Below are positions 1-9,520 of a stretch of 64,000 nt of DNA, piece by piece. Under the pieces are notes generated by a model. The model had not been told where the DNA came from, did no database searches, and worked only from the letters and a program-made list of their open reading frames with translations. This DNA comes from Candidatus Bathyarchaeota archaeon B24. GTDB lineage: Archaea; Thermoproteota; CALKCG01; B24. The stretch covers positions 2,485 through 66,484 of the forward strand of contig LUCB01000012.1 in assembly GCA_001593865.1 (NCBI GenBank), written 5' to 3'. Made by a program: the position numbers and the translations under genes. The number at the start of each line of letters is the position of its first letter. The first letter of the stretch is position 1.

Positions 1-9
1 GCGTATACT

Positions 10-408
10 GTGAGGCATGTGATACGTCTGGGTTTTGCCCCCTACAAGTCGATATTTGAATCCTTAACCGAAGATGAAGATAAGAGGATCCGATGGGTCT
101 CCGAGCTTCTTGAGATCGAGGATCTCCTTGATAGACCCATAGGGACTTTGAGCGGGGGTCAGCAGCAGAGAGCCGTCATCGCCCGCGCCCTCGTTAGGAA
201 GCCTAAGGCGCTTTTTCTGGATGAGCCTTTCTCCAGCCTCGACAAGGAGGGTAGGAGGTTGGTCTCAAGCGTCGTCAGGGATTATGTGAACACCGAGAAC
301 GCCTCTGTGGTCATAGTTAGCCATGATGTAAACCCGATAATCGATTATGCCGACATCGTCGTTAAGATGGAGAATGGCAGGATAGTCTCAGGTGAAGACT
401 ATGCTTGA
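10..408 (+). CDS. ABC transporter ATP-binding protein, C-terminal part (metal-uptake ZnuC-like); 5' end lies outside the window
   Basis: LSGGQQQRAVIARAL ABC signature, Walker B/D-loop (LFLDEPFSSLD), H-loop (VSHD). Overlaps the start of the downstream permease. Confidence 0.8.
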   Translation: MRHVIRLGFAPYKSIFESLTEDEDKRIRWVSELLEIEDLLDRPIGTLSGGQQQRAVIARALVRKPKALFLDEPFSSLDKEGRRLVSSVVRDYVNTENASVVIVSHDVNPIIDYADIVVKMENGRIVSGEDYA

Positions 409-1240
409 ATTCCTCGGTTTAGCCATATCGGCAGCTGTCCTCAGCGGAAATCTATGCGGCGCGATAGGCTTCTACGTGCAGAGGCTTAAGATCACGACTT
501 TAAGCTTCAGCGTCGCTCACGCCGCATTAGCAGGCGCATCTATAGGCTTAATTCTAAACATTGATCCAGTTTACTCGGCTATGATCACCGCGGTGGCTTC
601 AGCCCTGTTCTTAGGCATAGTCTTTACGAGGATTGAGTATGGTAGGGAGTTGATCAGCATGGCCGTTTTCTCAGTCTCATCGGCGGTAGCGATCTTCGCT
701 ATATATCTGTCTAATGTGAGGGTTTTAGCTACCGTCTCGATAGCCGTGGTTTTATGGGGAAGCCTACTAGCTATCACCGTTGAGAAGCTAATACTCCTCC
801 TGCTCATACTGTTCATATTTGTGCTGTATATTCTCGCTTACAGGATCCAGATAGACTCTATGCTCTACGACGTTAAGATGGCTGAGGCTGAGGGGGTTAA
901 CGTTCAGATGCACATGCTGATAATGCTGTTCTTCGCCGGGCTGATAATATCTTCATCGCTGAGGCTCACAGGTGGATTCTTAGTCTTCACGCTTCTATAC
1001 AATCCCGTGGCAACATCGTTCCAGATATCCAGAAGAGCTCATATGCAGCTGTTGGCGTCTTCGATTTTAGGAGCGGTCTCGGCTTCCTCCGGGCTTATGG
1101 TGAGTTATATCCTCGATTGGCCCGTCGGGGCGACGATAGCGATCGTATCATCCATCATCCTCTTGTTAGCCTATACGGCGAAGATTATTGCTGAAGCTGT
1201 TAGGAGGAGATGCTTAAGTCGACCTTATAGACTCGGTTAA
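392..1240 (+). CDS. ABC-3 family metal (Zn/Mn) transporter permease
   Basis: About 8 predicted TM helices; ZnuB/ABC-3-like hydrophobic profile; translationally coupled to the upstream ATPase. Confidence 0.65.
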   Translation: MKTMLEFLGLAISAAVLSGNLCGAIGFYVQRLKITTLSFSVAHAALAGASIGLILNIDPVYSAMITAVASALFLGIVFTRIEYGRELISMAVFSVSSAVAIFAIYLSNVRVLATVSIAVVLWGSLLAITVEKLILLLLILFIFVLYILAYRIQIDSMLYDVKMAEAEGVNVQMHMLIMLFFAGLIISSSLRLTGGFLVFTLLYNPVATSFQISRRAHMQLLASSILGAVSASSGLMVSYILDWPVGATIAIVSSIILLLAYTAKIIAEAVRRRCLSRPYRLG

Positions 1241-2319
1241 GACCTCTTTTTCGCTATTATCATCTTCGGGTCAAGCGGACTTTTCGCTCCCGAGATCGTG
1301 AGGCGTGAAAATTGCGAGGCATCTACCACCTTAATTACTGAGAAGTATCTCTTTAATAACTCGATGTATCCCTCAAATGGTACATCTCCCTTAAAGCTGT
1401 AGATTCTATCAGCTTTCCTCATGCCCTGGAAGGATAGTATGTTCCACCCTATATCTAACAGGGGATCCTTTGACCCCTCCCCGTCGTGATAGAAGACCTG
1501 CTTGTTTATGAATAAGCCTCCGGTCTTTAGGCTTGAGTGTATCTTTGGGATCAGCGACGGATTCTTCCCTCCAGGGATATAAGAGAGGAATACTATGTCA
1601 TATTCTGCACCTATATCATCCTTAAAAAAGTCCCCAGGGATAACCTCGACCCTTTCAGCATCGAACATCTCTATGTATCTCCTCGTACACTTGAGGACCC
1701 TTGGGAGGTCGAATACGTAAGCCTTCAGGCGTCTATTAAGTTTGGTGAATGCTATCGCATAGAGCCCGTGTCCTCCCCCGAGGTCTAGGAGCTTCCTCGC
1801 TCTCTTGAATTCTGGGAGCTCAGCGATTATTCTGACCGTCCTTTGAAGCTCGCCGCATAGCATCTCCGACGCGAGGGAGGGAACGCGTTTCTCAAAGAAG
1901 AGTTCTTCGTTTATCGGGGTGGGCTTTCCCTTCAAAGCCGCATTCAGGCTATTCCAGACCTTGAACTCCTCGTTTAGGCTCTCTATCACGTTGATTTGGG
2001 AGAGAAGCGAGTCTCTCTTCAGATATAGGCTACTCAACTCCGTATTTCTATACGCGCCCTTCACCTTATTTAAAAGACCAAGGTCGCATAAGACATCGCA
2101 TATCTTACATGCGAGTTTCACGTTTACCCCGAGCTCCCTGCTGATCTCCTCCGATGTCTTCGGCTCGTCTAGTATATCGAATAGACCCGTTTGAACGGCA
2201 ACGTAGATCGTGCGGAATATCTTATAGCCCCTTGAGCACATGTTCAGAATTTCATATAGAGGCTTAGCGTCGATGCGGGGCTCATTAATTAGTAGCTCAT
2301 CAACCGGGGTTTTTGTCAT
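1237..2319 (-). CDS. SAM-dependent O-methyltransferase (family 2-like) with N-terminal winged-helix dimerisation domain
   Basis: Motif I LDLGGGHGLYAIAF and class I MTase fold order; N-terminal HTH-like region typical of OMT family 2. Confidence 0.6.
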   Translation of the reverse strand: MTKTPVDELLINEPRIDAKPLYEILNMCSRGYKIFRTIYVAVQTGLFDILDEPKTSEEISRELGVNVKLACKICDVLCDLGLLNKVKGAYRNTELSSLYLKRDSLLSQINVIESLNEEFKVWNSLNAALKGKPTPINEELFFEKRVPSLASEMLCGELQRTVRIIAELPEFKRARKLLDLGGGHGLYAIAFTKLNRRLKAYVFDLPRVLKCTRRYIEMFDAERVEVIPGDFFKDDIGAEYDIVFLSYIPGGKNPSLIPKIHSSLKTGGLFINKQVFYHDGEGSKDPLLDIGWNILSFQGMRKADRIYSFKGDVPFEGYIELLKRYFSVIKVVDASQFSRLTISGAKSPLDPKMIIAKKRS

Positions 2320-2555
2320 GTCAAACCGATTAAATTGTGTATGACAGAAAAATATTACTATTATGCTTAATCATAATACTTAAGGGCGGGTCTCCATACA
2401 AACGGACATGTTCCCTGCGACGCCACACTGTCGATGCGCGTTTTTCAGACGTTAACGCGTATCTATAAGCATCAGGCATCCGGAATCCCGCTCAGGGAAG
2501 GGACTTAAATATTAGCTGGATTTACAGAGGAGGCATAGAGCTGTAGGCTTTTTAA

Positions 2556-2630
2556 TGGACCGGGCGGGATTCGAACCCGCGACCTCCCGGGTGCAAACCG
2601 GGTATTCATACCAGGCTGAACTACCGGCCC
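2556..2630 (-). tRNA. tRNA-Ala (anticodon TGC), intron-less, CCA not encoded
   Basis: Hand-folded cloverleaf: acceptor GGGCCGG/CCGGTCC with G3:U70, anticodon loop TTTGCAC, T-arm GCGGG-TTCGAAT-CCCGC, discriminator A. Confidence 0.9.
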
Positions 2631-2732
2631 CCTCGACGTTATTAGTCGAAATACCGGTTTGATAAGGTTTTACTTGGCCTCTGGCTGTGTGAAAGCTTTA
2701 AGCCTATCCTAGGTTTATGGTTTATCAGGGAG

Positions 2733-4730
2733 TTGACCGTAGCGGGGAGAAATCGTTTAAAGATTAAGAGGGTCATAAGTTTACTGCTGGTGGTTGCTAT
2801 AGCCTATTTGGTAGGTTATCTCTCATATACGAACCTGGTCACACGTCAGCCAGGCGGAAACACGGAGCCCTTCGTCGTGTGGCCTGGTAAACCTCTCGAG
2901 AGGATCTACAAGGATACCGTCCCAGACGAGCGGCGTGTGGGCCAGCCCCTAGAGGTCTGGTGTGCGAGGAACGAGTATGAGGGATGCGTTTTCGGGGTAA
3001 GGGCTAATGTGGACGTTCACGGGCTCAGGCTAGAGGCGACGGACCTGGTATCCGAAAACGGACGCATATCCAAGGAGAACATTCGGCTTAGCTTCATAGG
3101 GTTTATACCCGTCCCCAAGAACACGCCCGACACGCCTGAGGAGGAGCTTGAGAGGATAGCTCCGTTCGACGCCCCAGACCCGCTTCTAGACGTAGAGACC
3201 TTAGATGTGAAAGGTGGTGAAACCCAGCCCTGCTACTTCCTAGTATACGTGCCTAAAGACGTCGAGCCCGGTGAGTACCGTGGAAACGTAACGGTCTCGT
3301 CCCGGGAGGGAGAGGCTTCTTTAGAAGTCGTCGTGCACGTGTATCCGATCACGCTACCAGACCGTAGAAGCCTCTACGTTACCAACTGGTTCTCCCTCGA
3401 CAGGATAGCGTCGGCCTACCACGTTCAGCTTTGGTCTGAAGACTTCTGGACGGTCTTCGAGAAGTGGATAGCCATGATGGCTGAATACCGTCAGAACGTC
3501 TTCTGGGTACCCATAGATACGGTTAAGGTCTCGGCTGGGGAAGACGGCTACAGCTTCGACTTCTCGAGGTTCGACCGGTACGTCGAACTCCTATTCAAAT
3601 ACGGCGCGGATAGGATCGAGATAACCCACGTAGCCGGTTTCAAAAAGTGGGGAAGCGCCGAGATAGCCCTAAGAGGATTCGAAGTAACCTACCCTGGAGG
3701 CGTCACGAAGACCGAGGACGGGTCTAAAATACTACCCCACCTTCTCCCCGCTTTAGAGCGGCATCTAGAGGCGAAAGGCTGGCTCGACAAGGCGATGATA
3801 CACATAGCCGACGAGCCTACGGAGGACGGCTTAGAGGCTTGGATCAACGTCTCCAAGCTCGTCCATGAGTACGCCCCTAGGGTCAGGAGGATCGACGCTA
3901 TCGAAACCGTCGGGTTCGAGGGCTATCTAGAGGTTTGGGTTCCGACTCTCCAGCACTTCGACGACTGGATGGATGAATACGTTAAGGCCATGGAGGAGGG
4001 CTACGAAGTCTGGTTCTACACCTGCTGCAACCCCACAGGCCGGTATCCGAACAGGTTCCTCGACTATTCTCTCCTGAAGACTAGGATTCTCCACTGGATA
4101 AACTACGCCTACGGCTTGAAGGGGTATCTGCACTGGGGCTTCAACTGGTGGGGTGAAGACCCGTTCGGCGAGCCGAACCCGAAGCTGCCGCCTGGTGATA
4201 CGCACATATCCTATCCTGGGGAAAAAGGCCCCATACCCAGTCTAAGGCTCGAGGCTATGCGTGACGGGCTTGAAGACTACGAGTACCTCAAGCTTCTGGA
4301 GGAGGAGATCGTAAACGTCAAGCATAGGCTTGGTGGGAGGGCTCTCGCCCTACCGTTCGAGAGGAGGGCTCTTGAAATATGTAGACGAGCCGTACCTAGC
4401 ATCACCGACTACACGAGAGACGCCGACTTCCTCATGAAGGTCAGAGACGACATAGTGAAGGAGATCCTAGAGGTTCGAAGCCGACCTCTGGCTCTGGTTT
4501 TGACTGTACCCCCGGAGTGGAAGCCCATCGTCAGAGGACCGTTCATGATCATAGTGAGAGGTGTATGCGAAAACGGCTCGTATGTCGAGGTGCAGGGTAA
4601 GCAGGTCGAGGTACGCGACGGATACTTCTCCACGTACACGTATCCCACACGCGACGGGGAAATAGTAATCAAGATAGTTAAAGACGGGCAGGAGAAGATA
4701 ATACGTAGAAAGTTTAAACTGGTCTTCTAA
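2733..4730 (+). CDS. Large membrane-anchored/secreted hypothetical protein (N-terminal TM helix; possible glycoside-hydrolase-like central domain; C-terminal beta-sandwich)
   Basis: 665-aa ORF with N-terminal hydrophobic anchor and Trp/Tyr-rich central region (WFYTCCNPTGRYPNRF...). No confident family assignment. Confidence 0.45.
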   Translation: MTVAGRNRLKIKRVISLLLVVAIAYLVGYLSYTNLVTRQPGGNTEPFVVWPGKPLERIYKDTVPDERRVGQPLEVWCARNEYEGCVFGVRANVDVHGLRLEATDLVSENGRISKENIRLSFIGFIPVPKNTPDTPEEELERIAPFDAPDPLLDVETLDVKGGETQPCYFLVYVPKDVEPGEYRGNVTVSSREGEASLEVVVHVYPITLPDRRSLYVTNWFSLDRIASAYHVQLWSEDFWTVFEKWIAMMAEYRQNVFWVPIDTVKVSAGEDGYSFDFSRFDRYVELLFKYGADRIEITHVAGFKKWGSAEIALRGFEVTYPGGVTKTEDGSKILPHLLPALERHLEAKGWLDKAMIHIADEPTEDGLEAWINVSKLVHEYAPRVRRIDAIETVGFEGYLEVWVPTLQHFDDWMDEYVKAMEEGYEVWFYTCCNPTGRYPNRFLDYSLLKTRILHWINYAYGLKGYLHWGFNWWGEDPFGEPNPKLPPGDTHISYPGEKGPIPSLRLEAMRDGLEDYEYLKLLEEEIVNVKHRLGGRALALPFERRALEICRRAVPSITDYTRDADFLMKVRDDIVKEILEVRSRPLALVLTVPPEWKPIVRGPFMIIVRGVCENGSYVEVQGKQVEVRDGYFSTYTYPTRDGEIVIKIVKDGQEKIIRRKFKLVF

Positions 4731-4740
4731 CCCCCTGCAC

Positions 4741-4745
4741 TTTTT
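4741..4745 (+). terminator. Oligo-T tract immediately after the stop of the 2733..4730 CDS (archaeal intrinsic terminator-like)
   Basis: TTTTT run 11 nt after the stop codon. Confidence 0.3.
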
Positions 4746-4758
4746 ACCTAAAGGGGAT

Positions 4759-4830
4759 GGTTGGAAGTCTCCGTCGGATGACATTCGCTCATGATTCTCA
4801 GCCGGGAGTATTCTTCATCGACTTCCAACC
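4759..4830. other. Intergenic hairpin: perfect 11-bp inverted repeat (GGTTGGAAGTC/GACTTCCAACC) enclosing about 50 nt
   Basis: Inverted repeat read directly from the sequence; the enclosed sequence has box C/D-like spacing on the minus strand but degenerate boxes. Confidence 0.4.
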
Positions 4831-4916
4831 ATGAAGCTATACGATTAAACCGGGTTTAAAGGGTTTCTCTGGGTGAGATAAGCTCTTAAACCCCTAGCCT
4901 ATATGGGTTTATCCTA

Positions 4917-5699
4917 ATGACGTTTCCAGTGTTGTCTGGCGCCTCAAGGTCGAGAAAGATAGGGTTAGCTGCCTCCTTCTCCGCCCTCTACGGTCTCTTC
5001 AGAGTCGCACCGACTTTCCCTATAGTAGGCTTATCGGGAGCATACTTCCCGCTATCAGACGTTTTACCCCCGGTATACGGGCTTCTCTTAGGCCCAGAGT
5101 TAGGGTTCATAGTGGTGTTCACCGGGACACTCCTAGCCCTACTGCTCGGCAAGCCCCCCATCTTCCTAGGCCTAGACTTCATCCCTGCATCCATGAACAC
5201 CGTCGTAGTCGGTCTCGCCGCTGAGGGGATGTTCCTCAGGGCAGCCCTCCTATACGCGGTTGTTTTAGCCGTATTCATCATCCACCCCGCGTCCCCAAGG
5301 ATGGTAGACGTTCCTCTAAGCTCTCTGACTCTACCCATACCGTTCCACTGGATGCATCTACTAACCATACTCATAGCGACACCGCCGGTCAGTAAACGGT
5401 TAGCCAGATGGCTTAACCCGGTGGGCGAGTCTCCGAAGTCTTTTCTCTCGCTCTTCAGCCTATCTCTTTTAGGAACCCTATGCCAACACTCCTCCGGAAG
5501 CGTACTGTGGGAGACCATATACGGATACGTGTTAAACGCGTTAACGCCTGAAGAGTTTAAGACCATATGGTCCACGGTGTTCTGGCTCTACCCGGCCGAG
5601 AGAATACTATTGGCGTTAACCTCGACAGTCTTAGGGATCTCCATATTGAAGATTCTAACCAAGCTCCAGGGTAACGTATCTAACCCTCCTCCCCGATGA
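4917..5699 (+). CDS. Polytopic membrane protein, function unknown
   Basis: 260-aa ORF with multiple hydrophobic segments. Confidence 0.45.
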   Translation: MTFPVLSGASRSRKIGLAASFSALYGLFRVAPTFPIVGLSGAYFPLSDVLPPVYGLLLGPELGFIVVFTGTLLALLLGKPPIFLGLDFIPASMNTVVVGLAAEGMFLRAALLYAVVLAVFIIHPASPRMVDVPLSSLTLPIPFHWMHLLTILIATPPVSKRLARWLNPVGESPKSFLSLFSLSLLGTLCQHSSGSVLWETIYGYVLNALTPEEFKTIWSTVFWLYPAERILLALTSTVLGISILKILTKLQGNVSNPPPR

Positions 5700-6795
5700 G
5701 CTTCGCCTCGATTATGTTCGCGAACGCTATCACACCGGCCGTTAAAGCGTAGTCCGTGGCTATGGTCACGCCTGGACAGAGGTCGACCACGAGGTCGGCG
5801 AACCGGTAGATTCCAAGGGGAATCCCCACCCTCGAGCCTACCATGACGTTAACCCTTCTACGGGCCTGTAGAAGCTTATAGATCTCGTCTGCAACCTTCG
5901 GCACCGGCTCACCCTCCGGCTCGAACACTATGATCGGCTCCCTCCTCCTCTCCCTAACGAAACCGTAGATATCTTGGAGATGCACCTGCACCTTGTGCAC
6001 ATCCCTACCGTATGCGCGTTTCTGAATCTCGAAGCGGCTTCTAATGCCCTCGAAGACGCCGTTTAAGAAGTGTCTTAAACTGTCGGCATCCGTAAGCCCG
6101 ACCGGAGTTACGACAAGCTCTTTAACCTCGAAGGTCTGAGCCTCCCTACCGACCCTGACCCCCATCTCCCTAGACGCGTTGGGAGGTCCTAGGTACGGTA
6201 TGTGGGCGACAGCGACCTTCCGTATGAAATCTAACACAGCTGGCTTCCCGGGTCTAAGCTTCCTCCACTCCATCCTACCGTCTAAAAGGCTTACGGCCGC
6301 ATGATCCCCTAGTATCTCGACCTGAACTATCTTGTCTGGGTATCTCAGGTTTACCGACGCGCCTGTAACCTCCTTAACCACAGCACCTGCCCTGATGTTA
6401 ACGTCTACGCTCGTATAGCCTCGTCTTCCTCTTCTAACGGTTCTGACGGCGAAGCTCTCGTCAGCCCCTATACGGCCGTCTACGACTCTCTTGGCAGCCT
6501 CTACGATGCTATCTATATCCGACGGAACCCACTCCTCGACGGGTATAACCCTCTCAGCCTCCGGGACCTCGCTTCTGATCCTATCCACCACCTCGCTCCT
6601 TTCACCGTCGCCACAGACCAGTACAATACCTGGATAGCCGTTGGGTTTAGCCACACACCTGACACCCACGGTCTCCTCTATAACCGAAGCAGCGACCTCC
6701 TCCATACCGAGGACTGTTTTAACTATGGCTAAAACCCTCTCGCAAGGCATGAAACCCCCTCCCGAGGTTTCAGGGTATATGCCAAGGCTCGACAA
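5680..6795 (-). CDS. Conserved hypothetical protein; C-terminal region resembles a SPOUT-type (trefoil-knot) methyltransferase motif; possible RNA-modification enzyme
   Basis: Glycine-rich C-terminal segment MVGSRVGIPLGIYRFADLVVDLCPGVTIATDYALTAGVIAFANII is reminiscent of the SPOUT SAM-binding knot. Overlaps and is co-directional with tiaS. Confidence 0.3.
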   Translation of the reverse strand: MSSLGIYPETSGGGFMPCERVLAIVKTVLGMEEVAASVIEETVGVRCVAKPNGYPGIVLVCGDGERSEVVDRIRSEVPEAERVIPVEEWVPSDIDSIVEAAKRVVDGRIGADESFAVRTVRRGRRGYTSVDVNIRAGAVVKEVTGASVNLRYPDKIVQVEILGDHAAVSLLDGRMEWRKLRPGKPAVLDFIRKVAVAHIPYLGPPNASREMGVRVGREAQTFEVKELVVTPVGLTDADSLRHFLNGVFEGIRSRFEIQKRAYGRDVHKVQVHLQDIYGFVRERRREPIIVFEPEGEPVPKVADEIYKLLQARRRVNVMVGSRVGIPLGIYRFADLVVDLCPGVTIATDYALTAGVIAFANIIEAKLIGEEG

Positions 6796-8095
6796 ACCCG
6801 TATCTCATACCTTTCTTCTCCTGCCCGTATCTCGAATACGGTTTGGTCAGGTGGCGGTGAGCCCTAGGAGGCGGTATGTATAAACCTGGCTTAACATCTC
6901 TAGGCAGCTCGACCTCGAGTTTACGGGCCTTAGGGTCTCTAAACCCGCATTTCCTACACCTAAACCCTTTACCACGTCCCATCGACTTCATGGTCGATAG
7001 GCATTTAGGACACTTCGGGTTCCTATACTCGACTTTTTTAGCGAGCTCGACTATCCTAAGCTTCTCGAGGTTCACGGTTAAACCACTATCTAACGGCCGG
7101 ACCCCTCCGTATACCTCGACGACGTCTCCAGGTATGAGCTTCCTAGCGATGTCTCTAAACCCGCCTGTAGGCTCGTAAGCCGCGCAGTCGAAAACCTCGC
7201 CCTTAAACGATACCCTGAATATCACGTGGCCACCCGGTATCGTGTATGGCTTGCTGTAAACCACCGCCCTGAAGGCCACAGCCCTATACGGCTTAACCTC
7301 GCCGGGCTCGTCTATCCACCTCAGGTGGCTATCCGTACCCTGGTTCGACCTGAATATCACCCAACGCTCTATAGGCTCTCCGACTTTCACGATCTTCATA
7401 GCCTTTAGGAGCGTATAGGGATCCTCCCCCCTTATACCATATAGAACAGGGTCCGGTCCTCTAGGCGTTATCAACACCCGCCCGGTCTCCGGGTCTAGGT
7501 TGTCGAACGTCCTGGGTCTAGTCGCCCTATCCATCTCAGCGACGCTCTCTTCCGAAACCATCCTAGGCTTACCCCTATACTCGACGACCCTGTAGGTTAA
7601 CAACTCATACGTGTGGTCGCCCGTAAGCTCCTCGCCCACGGCCGCCATGGCGCCGACGACGCCTCGGAAATCGCCGTAGGCGAAGACCTCCATCCCGCAT
7701 CTACCGGCTACCTTTAAAGCATAACCGACGTCGACGACATCATAGAGTGCTCTCCGGGATAATGCCTTAACCTCCTCCGGAACAGGGCCGGTCAGAAATA
7801 CGACGGCGGGGTCAACATACTCGATTCCTAGCTGAGAGTTCTCCTCGACGGTTCTAAGGACCTCGCTTCTAATCCTATCGACGAGCTGAGGCTCAACCTT
7901 GATTCTCAGGGCTATTGCACCGTTCCCACGGGTCTTCCAAGGAATATTGGGGTTAAGCCTGATGAGGTTCGGATAGTCTAGGAACTCTACGCCAAGCTTG
8001 CTGAGCCTCTCGACTAGGAGCGCCGCCACGTAGGTTGTGCAGCCTCCCTGCATCGAATCTGTATCGTCGATCCCCACGTGTAAGGTCAAAGCCAT
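6770..8095 (-). CDS. tiaS: tRNA(Ile2) 2-agmatinylcytidine synthetase TiaS
   Basis: N-terminal HVGIDDTDS kinase-like motif, length about 440 aa, C-terminal zinc ribbon CPKC...CRKCG, as in archaeal TiaS. Confidence 0.85.
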   Translation of the reverse strand: MALTLHVGIDDTDSMQGGCTTYVAALLVERLSKLGVEFLDYPNLIRLNPNIPWKTRGNGAIALRIKVEPQLVDRIRSEVLRTVEENSQLGIEYVDPAVVFLTGPVPEEVKALSRRALYDVVDVGYALKVAGRCGMEVFAYGDFRGVVGAMAAVGEELTGDHTYELLTYRVVEYRGKPRMVSEESVAEMDRATRPRTFDNLDPETGRVLITPRGPDPVLYGIRGEDPYTLLKAMKIVKVGEPIERWVIFRSNQGTDSHLRWIDEPGEVKPYRAVAFRAVVYSKPYTIPGGHVIFRVSFKGEVFDCAAYEPTGGFRDIARKLIPGDVVEVYGGVRPLDSGLTVNLEKLRIVELAKKVEYRNPKCPKCLSTMKSMGRGKGFRCRKCGFRDPKARKLEVELPRDVKPGLYIPPPRAHRHLTKPYSRYGQEKKGMRYGFVEPWHIP

Positions 8096-8242
8096 GGCAT
8101 ACCCTCAGCCCACAGCCTAAATTTGGAGAGAAACACTGTTAGAATGTGAACCCCCTCAGATTAATACTTTCCCTCTTATCAAGAGTTAAGGTTAACAGGA
8201 AGAGTGTGGCGCCTACAACCTACCTAAAAAATCTTATAAACG

Positions 8243-9025
8243 GTGAAAATATGTAAATTACCTATGGGGTTTGAAGAGCTTAAAGCGGAAAAGCTTGCAG
8301 AAGCGATATCTGTCGCCGAAGAATTTGCGTCGAAGTTAAAACGGAAAGGAGTTGTTGGAATCGTATTCTTAGGTGGAATCGCAAGAGGTTATTTCGATAA
8401 GTTTTCAGACATCGACATCATCATTTTTAAAGAGAAAAAGGCTGAGTTAGGGATGAGGCGCGAAGATGAAATCGAGTTCAAAGGATTTAAGATCGACTAT
8501 GAGATTACAAACTATGAGGATAAGCTGAAATCTGAATGGGACATTGTGGAAAGGTGGGCTTTCTCTAAAGCAAAGGTCTTTTATGATCCACAGGGTAAAA
8601 TCAAAGCTTTGATCGATATGAAAGTCCGTCTTAAGGAAGAAGAGAGAAGATGGATGATAATAGAAGGTATGACCCAGTCTGAGTGGTATTGTAACTACTG
8701 TTCAGAATCTTGGATTTACAGAAATGATGTCCTGAGTGCGCATCGCTCCATCAATCTTGCCTTAGAATATTTGATGAAAGCTCTCTTTGGATTAAATAAT
8801 CAACTTCTTCCTAGTGAAAAGTGGTTAATGTACTTGGTGCAAAGGTTAAAATGGTTACCAAGGGGTTTTAATGAAAAATTAAAAGAAATACTTCTTATCA
8901 GAGAGTTCTCTATCAAAGAGCTTCAAAGACGTAGGAATGCGTTAAATTATCTTTGGAAGCAAATGCTACCAAGAGCTGAAAAGGAGGTTGGAATGAGATT
9001 TGATGAATTTAAAAGATTGGTATGA
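8243..9025 (+). CDS. Kanamycin-nucleotidyltransferase-like protein: minimal NTase domain fused to a HEPN-like helical C-terminal domain; probable real start at ATG 8264
   Basis: NTase motif GGIARG...SDIDIIIF; C-terminal R-x6-H (RNDVLSAH) HEPN-like motif. The gene body is markedly more AT-rich than flanking DNA. A TATA-like TTATAAA lies about 25 nt upstream of ATG 8264. Confidence 0.6.
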   Translation: MKICKLPMGFEELKAEKLAEAISVAEEFASKLKRKGVVGIVFLGGIARGYFDKFSDIDIIIFKEKKAELGMRREDEIEFKGFKIDYEITNYEDKLKSEWDIVERWAFSKAKVFYDPQGKIKALIDMKVRLKEEERRWMIIEGMTQSEWYCNYCSESWIYRNDVLSAHRSINLALEYLMKALFGLNNQLLPSEKWLMYLVQRLKWLPRGFNEKLKEILLIREFSIKELQRRRNALNYLWKQMLPRAEKEVGMRFDEFKRLV

Positions 9026-9103
9026 ATAAAAATCCAGGTAAGCTTCTGTGTTCAATAGCGCTCGTCTCCCCTCCGAAGTCAGAGAATTCTCTTAGTAGTG
9101 CTG

Positions 9104-9520
9104 TCATGAACTGGCTGTTCTCTTCGGTAAAATTATTTTGTCCCCCTCTACTCGTCCCCCATCTCTAGTGAGCCTCCTTCTAAGCTCGGATAAGTGCCGC
9201 TTAATATTCAACTTGTCCAGTATGACATGCCCGGTCATCACGGCTGAGAAGACGAGAGGGGAACGGTAAACCTCTTCATCGAGTTCCCGAACATCGACGT
9301 TGAACACGTTCACGATCAATCCCCTACCCTCCACCGGTGTACCCTTGTGGATAGCCAGTAGGTCGTAGTCGCTCAATATGTTATAATCGCCTCTAGCCCT
9401 CGAGCCGAACAATAAAAGGGTGACCTCTAGCTTAGAGGCCTCATCTAAAACTTCTCTGAATAGAGCCTCTCCCCTAGACTTCAGCCTCTCTAAAAGCACG
9501 GCTACACTCATTGAAAACAA
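9104..9520 (-). CDS. Minimal nucleotidyltransferase (MNT), antitoxin-type partner of HEPN
   Basis: GSRARGDYNILSDYDLLAI (GS-x9-13-DxD) NTase motif; 138 aa; overlaps the upstream HEPN gene. Confidence 0.7.
   Translation of the reverse strand: MFSMSVAVLLERLKSRGEALFREVLDEASKLEVTLLLFGSRARGDYNILSDYDLLAIHKGTPVEGRGLIVNVFNVDVRELDEEVYRSPLVFSAVMTGHVILDKLNIKRHLSELRRRLTRDGGRVEGDKIILPKRTASS

Noticed and set aside
571-816. Antisense and overlapping short ORFs in the six-frame track (for example 571..816, 1537..1788, 3927..4205, 11373..11723, 36366..36605, 37004..37477, 42569..42913)
   Set aside because: They lie wholly inside well-supported longer genes on the opposite strand or in an alternative frame, have biased Ser/Pro/Leu-rich composition typical of GC-rich antisense frames, and have no motifs.
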